Shown piece after piece: positions 34,641 through 43,318 of a DNA stretch of 64,000 bases. Source of the DNA: a virus; IMG/VR virus record IMGVR_UViG_3300042090_002405, positions 1-64,000 of that record. One strand, 5' to 3'. How positions within the stretch are numbered: position 1 is the first letter of the stretch; every line of letters begins with the position of its first letter. The notes under the pieces are model-generated. The model was not told the DNA's origin. It did no database searches and saw only the letters and a list, made by a program, of their open reading frames with translations. The position numbers were made by a program, and so were the translations under genes.

Positions 34641-36056
34641 CTACGAGAGCACGATCGCGCTCGGCACCACCGGTACCGCAAGCGCGAGTTGCAGCGTACG
34701 CCCGAAGAGGCCGCTCAGGAAGGTCGGAGCGGGGTTCATCGTCTGAGGGCTCAGGGGCGGGTTAGGAGGAGGGATCGCCGTACCCGGATTGACGAACTCC
34801 CCCACGAGGGTCTCGAGTTGCGCCGCGTTCGGAGGGGACCCCAACGGCGGAGCGACGAGTTGCGCACTCGAGAGGATTGAGTTGTCATTGAGCCCGACCC
34901 ACGGGCTCGTCAACGTCAATAGTCCAGGGGAGATCGCGGCGATGATGTAGCTCTGAGGGACGCCCCCGAAGGGCGTGTCGACGGTAGGCTGCGCCGTGAA
35001 CTGAATTCCCTGGCCCGCGCTGAGGGTGCCTGTCAGATCGGCAGAGACGGGCACGCTCGGCGATCCGGGGCTCAGCGTGAACCCTGCGGGCAAGATCGGC
35101 GCGGAGTTGCCCTGTTGCGCGAGCGCCGCGAAAGACGGCGGCATGTACCCTAACGGCCGAGTGATCAGAAGTTGGGTTTGATCAGTCAGGAGTTGAAACT
35201 GAGCTTGTGAGATTCCGACGGGAATCGCGGGCGGTATCGTCGACAGCTCGCAGAGAGTGATCTGCCCGACGCTGTTCCCGAAGCTCCCTGCTGTCGCAAC
35301 AGACATCGAGAGGATGTCGTAGATGTCAACGCTTCCCGCGGCGAGCGTCACGGGGGCGGGGTACTTCCCTGCGAGCGATGTTGTCACAGTGAAGGGCCCA
35401 GCTCCCGTAGAATCCAGGTACTCGATCGTGACGGACTGCGCGCCCGTACCCGGCGGGATCGCTGGAGTTGTCGGCACGCCGGCGGTATCGAGGGGCGACG
35501 TCGAGTAGATCGCCGCGGTGACGGCTGGTGCGGGGATCATCACTGCCGCCGTGCCGTCGGCCGAAAACGGGCCCGTATAGGGCGTCGTTAAAGCAACGAA
35601 TGTCGGAAAGACCCCAGCGACCGTATAGAACACGCCCGGCTGTGAGGCGAACTGCACAATATTGCCGAGGGAGAGTGACGGCCTTTCGCTCACCGTTGTG
35701 AGGGCGTTCACGTCGCCAGGTGTTGTGAGGAAGAACCCCGGCAACGGCTTCGCCTGCAACAAAGGTCCCGGACGTCCCGGCGGGATCGCCGTGATAGGCC
35801 TACCGGGGAACGATGGCGGCGCGGTCGGCGTGTGCGTCGCGTCCGTGTTCAATACGATCGTTCGCGTGGCCGTCGTCGCCGTATTCGTCGTCGTGTCGCC
35901 CGCGACGGTCAACCCGAAAAGCTGGCCGAGCACAGGATCGGCGACGCCTCCTTGTGTGTAGAGCTCCACGTCGGCTAGCTCGGCTGCGGCTTGTGCGGGC
36001 CCATACGAGGTGCCGGCGACGGAGACGGTGTACGCGAGAGTGATCTGGGACGTCAT
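34641..36056 (-). CDS. Putative virion structural protein, Pro/Thr/Gly-rich
   Basis: Beta-rich, low charge, two related LSxG..VQF..QP...Y.....LTxP(Y/W)xG units. Confidence 0.65.
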   Translation of the reverse strand: MTSQITLAYTVSVAGTSYGPAQAAAELADVELYTQGGVADPVLGQLFGLTVAGDTTTNTATTATRTIVLNTDATHTPTAPPSFPGRPITAIPPGRPGPLLQAKPLPGFFLTTPGDVNALTTVSERPSLSLGNIVQFASQPGVFYTVAGVFPTFVALTTPYTGPFSADGTAAVMIPAPAVTAAIYSTSPLDTAGVPTTPAIPPGTGAQSVTIEYLDSTGAGPFTVTTSLAGKYPAPVTLAAGSVDIYDILSMSVATAGSFGNSVGQITLCELSTIPPAIPVGISQAQFQLLTDQTQLLITRPLGYMPPSFAALAQQGNSAPILPAGFTLSPGSPSVPVSADLTGTLSAGQGIQFTAQPTVDTPFGGVPQSYIIAAISPGLLTLTSPWVGLNDNSILSSAQLVAPPLGSPPNAAQLETLVGEFVNPGTAIPPPNPPLSPQTMNPAPTFLSGLFGRTLQLALAVPVVPSAIVLS

Positions 36057-36326
36057 GCGCCGAGCCTAGCGGATGCCGAAGACGGCGCCGAGGTCGAAAA
36101 CGATAGTCGAAGCGAGTAGAGGGCCAGGGATAGCTCTGGGCCTCGCTCGGATCTTGTCCTTGGGCGTGCGTGGGGCATGCGATGGGGCGGGGTCGGCAGG
36201 GGAGCCAGAGACACGCCGTGAGACAACCTGGTATGTGCCCGCGGGATGCGGGGTATGCGTGTTCGAAAGGAAACCACGGCAGGGCCGGATTTGGCCTCTC
36301 GGGGGTACCTAAATTGATTGCTTGCG

Positions 36327-36352
36327 GCCAACCTTATGGTGCTAAGATTGGC
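36327..36352. other. Putative tyrosine-recombinase core site (att/dif/lox-like)
   Basis: gccaacctta-tggtgc-taagattggc: 10-bp inverted arms (1 mismatch), 6-bp spacer, directly upstream of a recombinase. Confidence 0.55.
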
Positions 36353-36354
36353 GG

Positions 36355-37644
36355 GTGTCAGATGGTGTAGTATTACGTAGGCGAAGACGGCGCCAATGGG
36401 CCGCGCCAGGGGCCGTCCCCGTGCGGCGAAAGCGCTACCGCGCGCGCCCGCGGCCGCTACAGGGTCCTAGCGTCGCGCCCCCTTCGCTACCGTCCGTCGA
36501 TACGGCGGGGCTCGTGTTGGCATCAAGTGCCCCGACGGTTGATGCGGTTGATGCGGCCCTCGCGCGCGACACTCCCGATGATGTGAGGGCACGTCTTGCG
36601 GTGCGGCAGTATGTGCAATCTCAGCTCTCCCGGCGCAGTAGGGAGAACGCGGTAGACGCGCTTCGTCGCATCGCTCGGATAGCAAGGAACGACCCGACGG
36701 CCCCAGCCGAAGCCTTCCCATGGCCCTCCATCTCCATGGAGATGGCTGAAATGATTCGGCGCGTGCTATCCGATCAGACGTTGCCTGGAGCGGCCTCGCC
36801 GATCTCACCAGGTACAGCCAACCTGACGTTGTCACATCTACGCGGCATCGTGCGGACGATGCACAAGATGGGTCTCATTGGCGAGAAACAGCTCTCTATC
36901 GCGCAGCCGATGATGATCAAGAACCTGCGAGCGACGCGCAACGAACGCGGAGACTCATTGTCAGTCGACGTGGAGCAAAAACTACGTCGGGCCGCTCGAG
37001 CGCTTGGCGGCTATCGAGGAACGATGCTGAATACGGCTATCGTGGTCGCGATTGGTGCGGGTCTTCGCCGCGAAGAGGTCGCAGGCCTCATGCTTCACGG
37101 TTTGCGTAAGCCGGGGTTGCTGACGGTCATCGGCAAGGGCAACAAGGAACGGGACCATGCGATCGACCCGCAAATGCAGGCCGCGATTGACGAATGGATG
37201 ACGGAACGTGCGAAGCTTCAACCGGGCCATCACAATCTTTTTTGCTCGCCCGATCGCCCTGAACAGAAACTCTCGACCTGGAGCTTTTGGTCTTTGCTCC
37301 GCAAAGTCGCACACACGGCGTTTGGGGGATCTAGGCCGTGCGGGGGCGACTGCCCATGCTTGGATGTGCTAACCGGGCCGCACGATTTTCGTCGGACGTT
37401 CGCTACACGAATGTTCGCTGCTGGCTTCGACATACGCGAGGTGCAAGTGCTCATGGGGCACGCATCACCAGAGACCACGGCTCGCTACGACAAGCGAGCC
37501 AAGTCGGATCTCTTAGAGAAACGCCGCCGCATGCGAATGTTCACCGTCGAAGAGTCCGTGGGTGAGATCAAAGATCCTGAGGAGCTTCTCGCGCTCATTC
37601 CGAAAGAACCGAAACGACCGCGATCTAGAAGAGGCACATCATGA
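36355..37644 (+). CDS. Tyrosine recombinase, XerC/D-like (start uncertain)
   Basis: AGLRREEV, GKGNKER, PHDFRRTFAT, MGHASPETTARY. Confidence 0.92.
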   Translation: MSDGVVLRRRRRRQWAAPGAVPVRRKRYRARPRPLQGPSVAPPSLPSVDTAGLVLASSAPTVDAVDAALARDTPDDVRARLAVRQYVQSQLSRRSRENAVDALRRIARIARNDPTAPAEAFPWPSISMEMAEMIRRVLSDQTLPGAASPISPGTANLTLSHLRGIVRTMHKMGLIGEKQLSIAQPMMIKNLRATRNERGDSLSVDVEQKLRRAARALGGYRGTMLNTAIVVAIGAGLRREEVAGLMLHGLRKPGLLTVIGKGNKERDHAIDPQMQAAIDEWMTERAKLQPGHHNLFCSPDRPEQKLSTWSFWSLLRKVAHTAFGGSRPCGGDCPCLDVLTGPHDFRRTFATRMFAAGFDIREVQVLMGHASPETTARYDKRAKSDLLEKRRRMRMFTVEESVGEIKDPEELLALIPKEPKRPRSRRGTS

Positions 37645-37691
37645 ACGCGTGGGCGAACGGGGTGTGTCTAGTTCCGCACGTCCGGCGGCCG

Positions 37692-37907
37692 TTACTCGTC
37701 CTCGTAGCCTTCTCCCTTAGTCGACACCATTTCCACAACTACCAAGCCGAACATGACGAGGACAAGAATGGGCCACCCGATGGTAGCGACCATTACCCCG
37801 GGCCACGTACGGGCAATTCCCTTTCGCGAGATGAACACGAAGACACGACCGATGAGCAAGTACAGAAATAGCAAGAGCCCAGCAAGAGCCCCAGCATCAA
37901 AGCGCAC
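37692..37907 (-). CDS. Small two-TM membrane protein
   Basis: Two hydrophobic helices. Confidence 0.55.
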   Translation of the reverse strand: MRFDAGALAGLLLFLYLLIGRVFVFISRKGIARTWPGVMVATIGWPILVLVMFGLVVVEMVSTKGEGYEDE

Positions 37908-37916
37908 CTCGAAAGA

Positions 37917-38174
37917 TCAGAGTGACTTTAGCGCGTACACTCCGGTGATCGCCCCCGAGATGCTCGTCACGGCGTTCGCCACCCCCGCCACCGTCGCAAG
38001 AACATCGAGCAGCTTCTGCCAGACTTCCGGCCCCTCCGTGACAGCGGCGGTCGCGCGAGACGCGATCACAAGCTTTCGTTCCTCGTCGGTGCCGTCGAGG
38101 AGCACGGCGGCTTGCTCCTCAGAGAGCCAAGGGGCCGCGACGATCATCTGCGCGACGAGCTCGGCGCGGGTCAT
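37917..38174 (-). CDS. Small membrane-associated protein
   Basis: GAGGAG RBS; hydrophobic C-terminal helix. Confidence 0.6.
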   Translation of the reverse strand: MTRAELVAQMIVAAPWLSEEQAAVLLDGTDEERKLVIASRATAAVTEGPEVWQKLLDVLATVAGVANAVTSISGAITGVYALKSL

Positions 38175-38247
38175 GATCGGCTCTCCTCGATCGCCCAGAG
38201 GAGAAGACCTATCGCGCAGCCTAGGGTGAAGGCCAAAAGATGCATGG

Positions 38248-38514
38248 CTATTGGGGGCAACCGGCGTCGATGGGATCGGTCGCCGTCGGCGTGATCCGGT
38301 GTCGTGCTTGGATTGCTCGCGCGGCGCACACGTTTGCCAGATCAAGAATGCGTCCGACGCCCCCCTCTTGCTGATGACTTGCAGCAAGAACCGACAGCCG
38401 CACCTCTTGGTCGAGCGCGGCTTTGTCCTCCGCATAGAGCTGATGACACGCGAGGACGGACATCGTAGCGGGGAGCGCCGATAGCACGGACAGGACGATG
38501 AGCTCTCTTTTCAC
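38248..38514 (-). CDS. Putative small lipoprotein
   Basis: Signal-like N-terminus ending VLAC; GTGA-coupled. Confidence 0.5.
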   Translation of the reverse strand: MKRELIVLSVLSALPATMSVLACHQLYAEDKAALDQEVRLSVLAASHQQEGGVGRILDLANVCAARAIQARHRITPTATDPIDAGCPQ

Positions 38515-38648
38515 AGCGTTCCCCCGTCCTCTACGGTCCATGTCCCCTGCGGATAGCAATACGCCCACGCAAGCGTCATCGCCACGGTCATGATGATGCA
38601 AGTCACGACGGAGAGGAGAGCAACGTTGCTCCAATCCTTTTGTGTCAC
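38511..38648 (-). CDS. Small single-TM protein
   Basis: Hydrophobic helix; coupled to next gene. Confidence 0.4.
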   Translation of the reverse strand: MTQKDWSNVALLSVVTCIIMTVAMTLAWAYCYPQGTWTVEDGGTL

Positions 38649-38844
38649 GATTGCACCATCGATCGGGGTGTGTCCGGCTTCCGGCAAGCCTCGAGCACCG
38701 CCATCTGTACGTGCGGAGGGAATTCGGCGAGCCAGCCAAAGCACCGTCGAAGAAGGTTCGTCGAAACGTTCAACGATTCGGCGCCTTGGGCGAGGATCGA
38801 GGGGCTATAACGTTGCGGATCGAAAGGCATGGAAGAGCGCGGAT

Positions 38845-39054
38845 TTACTCGCGCTTGCGTGAGGATGCAAGAGGCGCATCGAGGATCAACTGCTCGAGCG
38901 TCCCCGACCGCGTCTGTACACGCTCCGTTGCGAGTTTTTTTAGATGCGCGAGGGCCTCGCGCGAAAGCGTGAACGTCGCCATTTGACGGGTTCGCTGCTC
39001 GTTGGTGCGGGTTGGGGTGCCGGAACGTCTTCGCAGCGAATCGGCCCCGGACAT
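38845..39054 (-). CDS. RHH regulator, cassette 3 (paralogue of 10119 and 10819)
   Basis: RSGTPT...ATFTLSREALAHLKKLATERVQTRSGTLEQLI. Confidence 0.75.
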   Translation of the reverse strand: MSGADSLRRRSGTPTRTNEQRTRQMATFTLSREALAHLKKLATERVQTRSGTLEQLILDAPLASSRKRE

Positions 39055-39083
39055 CTCCAGCATCTTCTTCGTTGGTCTCACGA

Positions 39084-39350
39084 CTAAACCTCGTCGTCGG
39101 ATCGAGCGGTTCGGGTGGCTCGTTCGCGTAGCGAGGCGACGACACCGCGGTTGTACTCTGCGCATGCCCGATCGAACGCGCTAGTTCCCTCTTTGACGCC
39201 CCACTTCTTGGCGCACGCGGTCGCTCCCATCGCGTTGATCGTTGATTCGTTCCATCCGGCGGATTGCGCGGCAGCCTCCTCCGCTCGCTCTGCCCGGGTC
39301 ACGCGGTCGCGGGCGGCCATGAGTCTGGTGCGCAGGGTTTCCCTGTTCAT
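39084..39350 (-). CDS. Hypothetical protein, cassette 3 cargo
   Basis: GAGGT RBS, ATGA overlap. Confidence 0.6.
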   Translation of the reverse strand: MNRETLRTRLMAARDRVTRAERAEEAAAQSAGWNESTINAMGATACAKKWGVKEGTSAFDRACAEYNRGVVASLRERATRTARSDDEV

Positions 39351-39589
39351 GACCGCACCTCGTCCAGGATCCAGCCGAGTCGTTCCCTGACGCGCGCAGG
39401 GACCTTTGCCTCGGGCACGAGTTCCCACTCCCCACCGCCGGTCTGGGGCCCGCTAACCGTCGCCCCGAATCCGCCGTTCCACGAGCCGTCCTCGTCGGCG
39501 AGATAGAACCCCCATCGCGAATCGGGGTCAGGCACCTGCACGAGCCAGGTTCGGCCAGAGCGAACGTAACCGAGTGCCGGCGCGTTCAC
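39347..39589 (-). CDS. Hypothetical protein, cassette 3 cargo
   Basis: GAGGT RBS, GTGA overlap. Confidence 0.6.
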   Translation of the reverse strand: MNAPALGYVRSGRTWLVQVPDPDSRWGFYLADEDGSWNGGFGATVSGPQTGGGEWELVPEAKVPARVRERLGWILDEVRS

Positions 39590-39955
39590 GACGCCACCTC
39601 GGCCGCCCGCTCAGCGTCGGCGCGTGTCGCATAGACTTCGATCGTATCGTCGTCTACGTAGCCGGCGAGCAGATTGATCGTCGTACGAAACCCGCTGTCG
39701 GATCTCGTGCACCGACGCCTCGACCTCCGCTTCCGCCACCGACGTAGGCAGGGAAGTGTCGATCCACCCGTCATCGTCGCGCGTCGTCACGACGACGAGC
39801 GGCTGAAGGCGCTGCTCACACGAAACATCTACGTCGGTCCCGGGGAACGCCTCGGCAATCGCCTCGGCGAGCGCCGTCTCGTACGCCGCGAGGTCGTCTG
39901 ACGTGTAGTCGCACCCCCAATCGAGGGTGTCCCGCACCACGATCGAGCGGCTCAC
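39586..39955 (-). pseudogene. Frameshifted or chimeric acidic protein, cassette 3 cargo
   Basis: Coupled start is in ORF 39611..39955; coupled stop and protein-like C-terminus are in ORF 39586..39774. Confidence 0.5.
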
Positions 39956-40188
39956 GACGCCACCTCGTCAGCCGCTTCGCAGTGCGCAGGGAACTCGTCG
40001 GCCTCCTCACAATCGGCCCAATCCGCCTCCTCAACTTCCGCGCGGATCCAATCCCCTTCACCGGGGTATCGCCCGGTCTGTATCTGGCCCACGAGACGCA
40101 TCACTCGATACAGTTGCCCGTTGCCCGGCACATAGGCGCCAACCGTCGGCAGCCCGTTCCCTCGCGCGCAAATCACTGCCTCGATCAT
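39952..40188 (-). CDS. Hypothetical protein, first gene of cassette 3
   Basis: GAGGAGG RBS. Confidence 0.6.
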   Translation of the reverse strand: MIEAVICARGNGLPTVGAYVPGNGQLYRVMRLVGQIQTGRYPGEGDWIRAEVEEADWADCEEADEFPAHCEAADEVAS

Positions 40189-40227
40189 CCCCGCATCCTC
40201 CTCGGAGCCCCGCGCCCCACGAGAAAG

Positions 40228-40300
40228 AACATAGCGCGGTACGTACCGCGCGCAAGCCCGGCGGGTCGGTTTCGGACGGATGTTCAGGTACGTACCGCGC
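40228..40300 (-). promoter_or_regulatory. Cassette 3 promoter with palindromic operator
   Basis: TTGCGC-N16-TATGTT; perfect 18-bp palindrome gcgcggtacgtaccgcgc (40234-40251) and a partial copy at 40287-40300. Confidence 0.65.
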
Positions 40301-40304
40301 AGCG

Positions 40305-41357
40305 CTAGGTCTTCGGCCACCCTGCCGCAAGCCCCTGCGTGGCGAGCTGGATCGCCTCCGTCTTCGTCAGGACGAACCCCGCCGAGGACAACCCCGCGAC
40401 GGCCCAGCTCTGGGCCTGTGCGAGCTCCACAGCGGCCCCAGGGGTCGCCCGCGCGGCCGCGGGGGCCGGCTTCGGGGGGAACAGCGCGACGACCGCCGCA
40501 ACCGCCTGTGCGTTGCCCCCGAGGGCGACCCATTTGTCGGCCTGATCGGCGACGTGGCGGCCGTGGCTATCGAATCCCGTCTTGTTGAACTGGAGCGCAC
40601 TGAAGGTGACGAAGCATTCGGGATCCACACTAGCCACGAAGGCCGAGCTCACCCACGCCCATGAGCCCCACGTCCATACGCGGTAGAAGCCGTTCAGGGA
40701 CGTCCCGTTGCTCGAGTCGTTTGGGCCGGCGATGTCCGCGAGGGCCGAGTAGTGGCCGTTGTTCGGGTTGGGCGTATCGGCGTTCGGCCACACGGTTCCC
40801 TGTGCGAACCCTGCGAGAAAGTCGTCCGGGACGCTCCATGCGAGGCAGATGCCGTAGAACTGATCTTGACAATACTGCGCAAGCGGAACGTTCGTCACGT
40901 CGACGTCGAGGTGATCCGCGATCACTGCCGTCGAGTCCCCCGCGATTCCTCCACCGGCCGGGGTCCAGATGCCGGAGGGTCCAACGAGCATGTCTTCGTC
41001 AGTCCCGTTGTCTCCGCCGCTTACGCTTTCATATTGGCTGATCAGGGCGGCTTGATTGACGGATATCTCTGCGAATCCTGGTTGCCCCTGGCCATAGGTG
41101 CGAATCTCGTCGATGTGCGCACACATCACGGGGCCGCAATCGCCATACTGATTGTTGCCAAGCATAGGACAAGAGACTGTTGCGTTACCTGTGCAGTCTA
41201 CAGGTAACACTGTTGTGGGCGGCGCGACGTGTCCAACAGGCAATACCGCTTTCGCCATCGGCTTCTTGCGGCGAAGCAGATCGCGGTGGTGAAAATGGAC
41301 CCACGTCCCGTGCTTAGGGAGCCATACCTTTTGTGAGGTGGACGTTTTCGAAGCCAT
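40305..41357 (-). CDS. Papain-like cysteine peptidase
   Basis: MLGNNQYGDC (catalytic Cys), NGHY (His), VWTWG. Confidence 0.7.
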   Translation of the reverse strand: MASKTSTSQKVWLPKHGTWVHFHHRDLLRRKKPMAKAVLPVGHVAPPTTVLPVDCTGNATVSCPMLGNNQYGDCGPVMCAHIDEIRTYGQGQPGFAEISVNQAALISQYESVSGGDNGTDEDMLVGPSGIWTPAGGGIAGDSTAVIADHLDVDVTNVPLAQYCQDQFYGICLAWSVPDDFLAGFAQGTVWPNADTPNPNNGHYSALADIAGPNDSSNGTSLNGFYRVWTWGSWAWVSSAFVASVDPECFVTFSALQFNKTGFDSHGRHVADQADKWVALGGNAQAVAAVVALFPPKPAPAAARATPGAAVELAQAQSWAVAGLSSAGFVLTKTEAIQLATQGLAAGWPKT

Positions 41358-41372
41358 GGTTTTCTCCCTTCT

Positions 41373-42035
41373 CTATTCCTTGTGCCGGATCGAGCGGAGC
41401 TTCACGCGAAAGTCGGGATCCTCGAGAAGCGCCGCGACCTTTGTGGACTTAATCACCAAAGTCCCCGCATCGCCCGCCGGCCCGTTCGTCCAAAGATCGA
41501 TGATGTTCGCGATTTCTTGCGCCGTGATCATGCCGCACGAAGTGCCGACCGCCGTTGCGATGTCCTCGAACGTTGTTGTACCGGCTGCGACGGCTGCTGC
41601 GATGGCCTCCTCTACGCAAATCGTCACCTGGCCCACGTCGGCGGTAACGGGAGCAACCTTGTTACAGCCCGCGACAGCGGCAGCGACGGTTTCGTGCGCA
41701 TGCGCATGCGATGGCTGTGTACGGGGCAACGCAAAGGCCAGCAAGATGAGCGCTGCCAGAGCGTAAATCATCCGCAAGGCGGCGGGCGCTTTCGTCTCCG
41801 CGGGCGGTGTGGGCGCAGGAGGCGGCACTACGGGCGGGGTGTTCGGCGGGACGATAATGCTCCGCGCGACGAGCGCGATCACGACCGCGACGAGCCCGCC
41901 CCAGGGGCCTAGCTTCGTCAGATCGAGGCTTCCCGGCTGAAGGAGCTGCTGCCCGACGGCGGTGACCAGAAGCGTCAGCACGGCGGCGAGGTGGGCCGAG
42001 TTGAGAGATACGCGCGAGCCTAGTTTCAGGTTCAT
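41373..42035 (-). CDS. Multi-TM membrane protein (holin-like N-terminus, lipobox-like VAGC)
   Basis: Three hydrophobic helices, Pro-rich linker. Confidence 0.6.
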   Translation of the reverse strand: MNLKLGSRVSLNSAHLAAVLTLLVTAVGQQLLQPGSLDLTKLGPWGGLVAVVIALVARSIIVPPNTPPVVPPPAPTPPAETKAPAALRMIYALAALILLAFALPRTQPSHAHAHETVAAAVAGCNKVAPVTADVGQVTICVEEAIAAAVAAGTTTFEDIATAVGTSCGMITAQEIANIIDLWTNGPAGDAGTLVIKSTKVAALLEDPDFRVKLRSIRHKE

Positions 42036-42055
42036 CGGTCGAAGATACTACAAGA

Positions 42056-42253
42056 GTGCGCGCCTTCGTACTCCTCTTGGCCCTTCTGTCGGCTTGCGGC
42101 ATGTGGGCGCAGACAGGGAGCATCTACCGCGGGAGTTGCGTCCACGCGGGCGTACGGCCGGCCAGTGACGGGGGCGGCGACTATGCCGTGACCTTGCAGG
42201 TCAGCACGGACTTCCCCCTCTGCAAGAACGTCTACCCGTCTCGTGGACGTTAG
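42056..42253 (+). CDS. Small lipoprotein on the opposite strand
   Basis: MRAFVLLLALLSAC lipobox; fills the gap between two minus-strand genes. Confidence 0.6.
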   Translation: MRAFVLLLALLSACGMWAQTGSIYRGSCVHAGVRPASDGGGDYAVTLQVSTDFPLCKNVYPSRGR

Positions 42254-42954
42254 CGGGTCGGGGCAACCGTTGTTGCCGCGTGTTTTGCTTCGCTCGCGCA
42301 CCAAGCCAGAAGGGGGCCCGCTGTCGAGATCCCCGCGAGCACCGCCAGCACGATCTTCAAATTTCGAACACGATTGCGCGAAAGCTTTTTGATCGCCTGT
42401 TCCGCCTCTGCTGCTGCGCGGGCTTGTTTCCTTTGCGCTTCCTCGGCGCCTTCCGCGCGTGCTTTGGACAAGGCGGCCTCTTTTTCTGCCGTCTCGCGCG
42501 CCTCGTGCAGCTCGTTGATCTGATCTTGGATCTGCGCGAGATAGTCGGGCTTGATTGTCCACGAACCCGTGTCCGACGGCTTGCCGGGGGGCGGCATCAC
42601 CGAGCGCATGCCGTGGACGCTGCTGTACGCGCCAGGGTATGGCGAAGGTCGTCGCTTGGAGGACTCTTCGTCGAGGCGCTTCTCGAGATCGTCTGTCCGC
42701 TTCGCCATCAAATTCACGAGGCGGTGTTGCGAGGTAATCTCTTCGCGGAGGGCCTTGAAATTTTGCTCGTCGCGCTGCGAATGCGCCTCGATGGTTGCAG
42801 ATAGGCCCGTGTGATTTTTCACGAGCTCGTTGCGCAGAGCATTCGACTCGGCGCGATACTCGTGCGCTGTGACAGGGCGCCGATTTGGATCCGCTAGGGT
42901 CTGGTAGAGCGCGTGGATCATCTCCTCTTGGCTCAGCAGCGGCGGGGACGGCAT
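42250..42954 (-). CDS. Coiled-coil protein with C-terminal TM helix
   Basis: AAGGAG RBS; heptad segments; IVLAVLAGISTAGPLLAW. Confidence 0.7.
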   Translation of the reverse strand: MPSPPLLSQEEMIHALYQTLADPNRRPVTAHEYRAESNALRNELVKNHTGLSATIEAHSQRDEQNFKALREEITSQHRLVNLMAKRTDDLEKRLDEESSKRRPSPYPGAYSSVHGMRSVMPPPGKPSDTGSWTIKPDYLAQIQDQINELHEARETAEKEAALSKARAEGAEEAQRKQARAAAEAEQAIKKLSRNRVRNLKIVLAVLAGISTAGPLLAWCASEAKHAATTVAPTR

Positions 42955-43156
42955 CCTCAGCTCCTTCGGCGGAAACGGCAGCAACGGCGACAGAAACGGA
43001 ATCCTCCCCAAGTGTAGAGCGCCCCTCAAGATACCGCCGGCCTCTGCCGGACCCGCCGTCGTGAACATTAGGGAGCCTCGTTTCGCTCCGAGCGTACTCC
43101 GGGCGGGACGCTACAGCTACCGTCTCCTGCGAGGTGGTTTGCGGTATGCTTTTAGC

Positions 43157-43315
43157 ATGCGAACCTCATCCATATGCCGCCGGTGCCACCGCCTTCGGGC
43201 CGTAGACGAGACCCGAGCCTGTGCGACGTGCGTGGCGGAGCTCCGCGCGCAGGAGCGCCGCCGTCCAGCACCCCCACCGCCCACGGTGGCTGTCGTGCCG
43301 GAGAAGCCGACCTAA
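43157..43315 (+). CDS. Small zinc-finger protein
   Basis: CRRC...CATC. Confidence 0.35.
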   Translation: MRTSSICRRCHRLRAVDETRACATCVAELRAQERRRPAPPPPTVAVVPEKPT

Positions 43316-43318
43316 GCC

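Noticed and set aside
36053-36331. ORF MAASNQFRYP... as a fifth member of the docking-motif family
   Set aside because: Lacks KN[KR]SPxTY; coding status uncertain.
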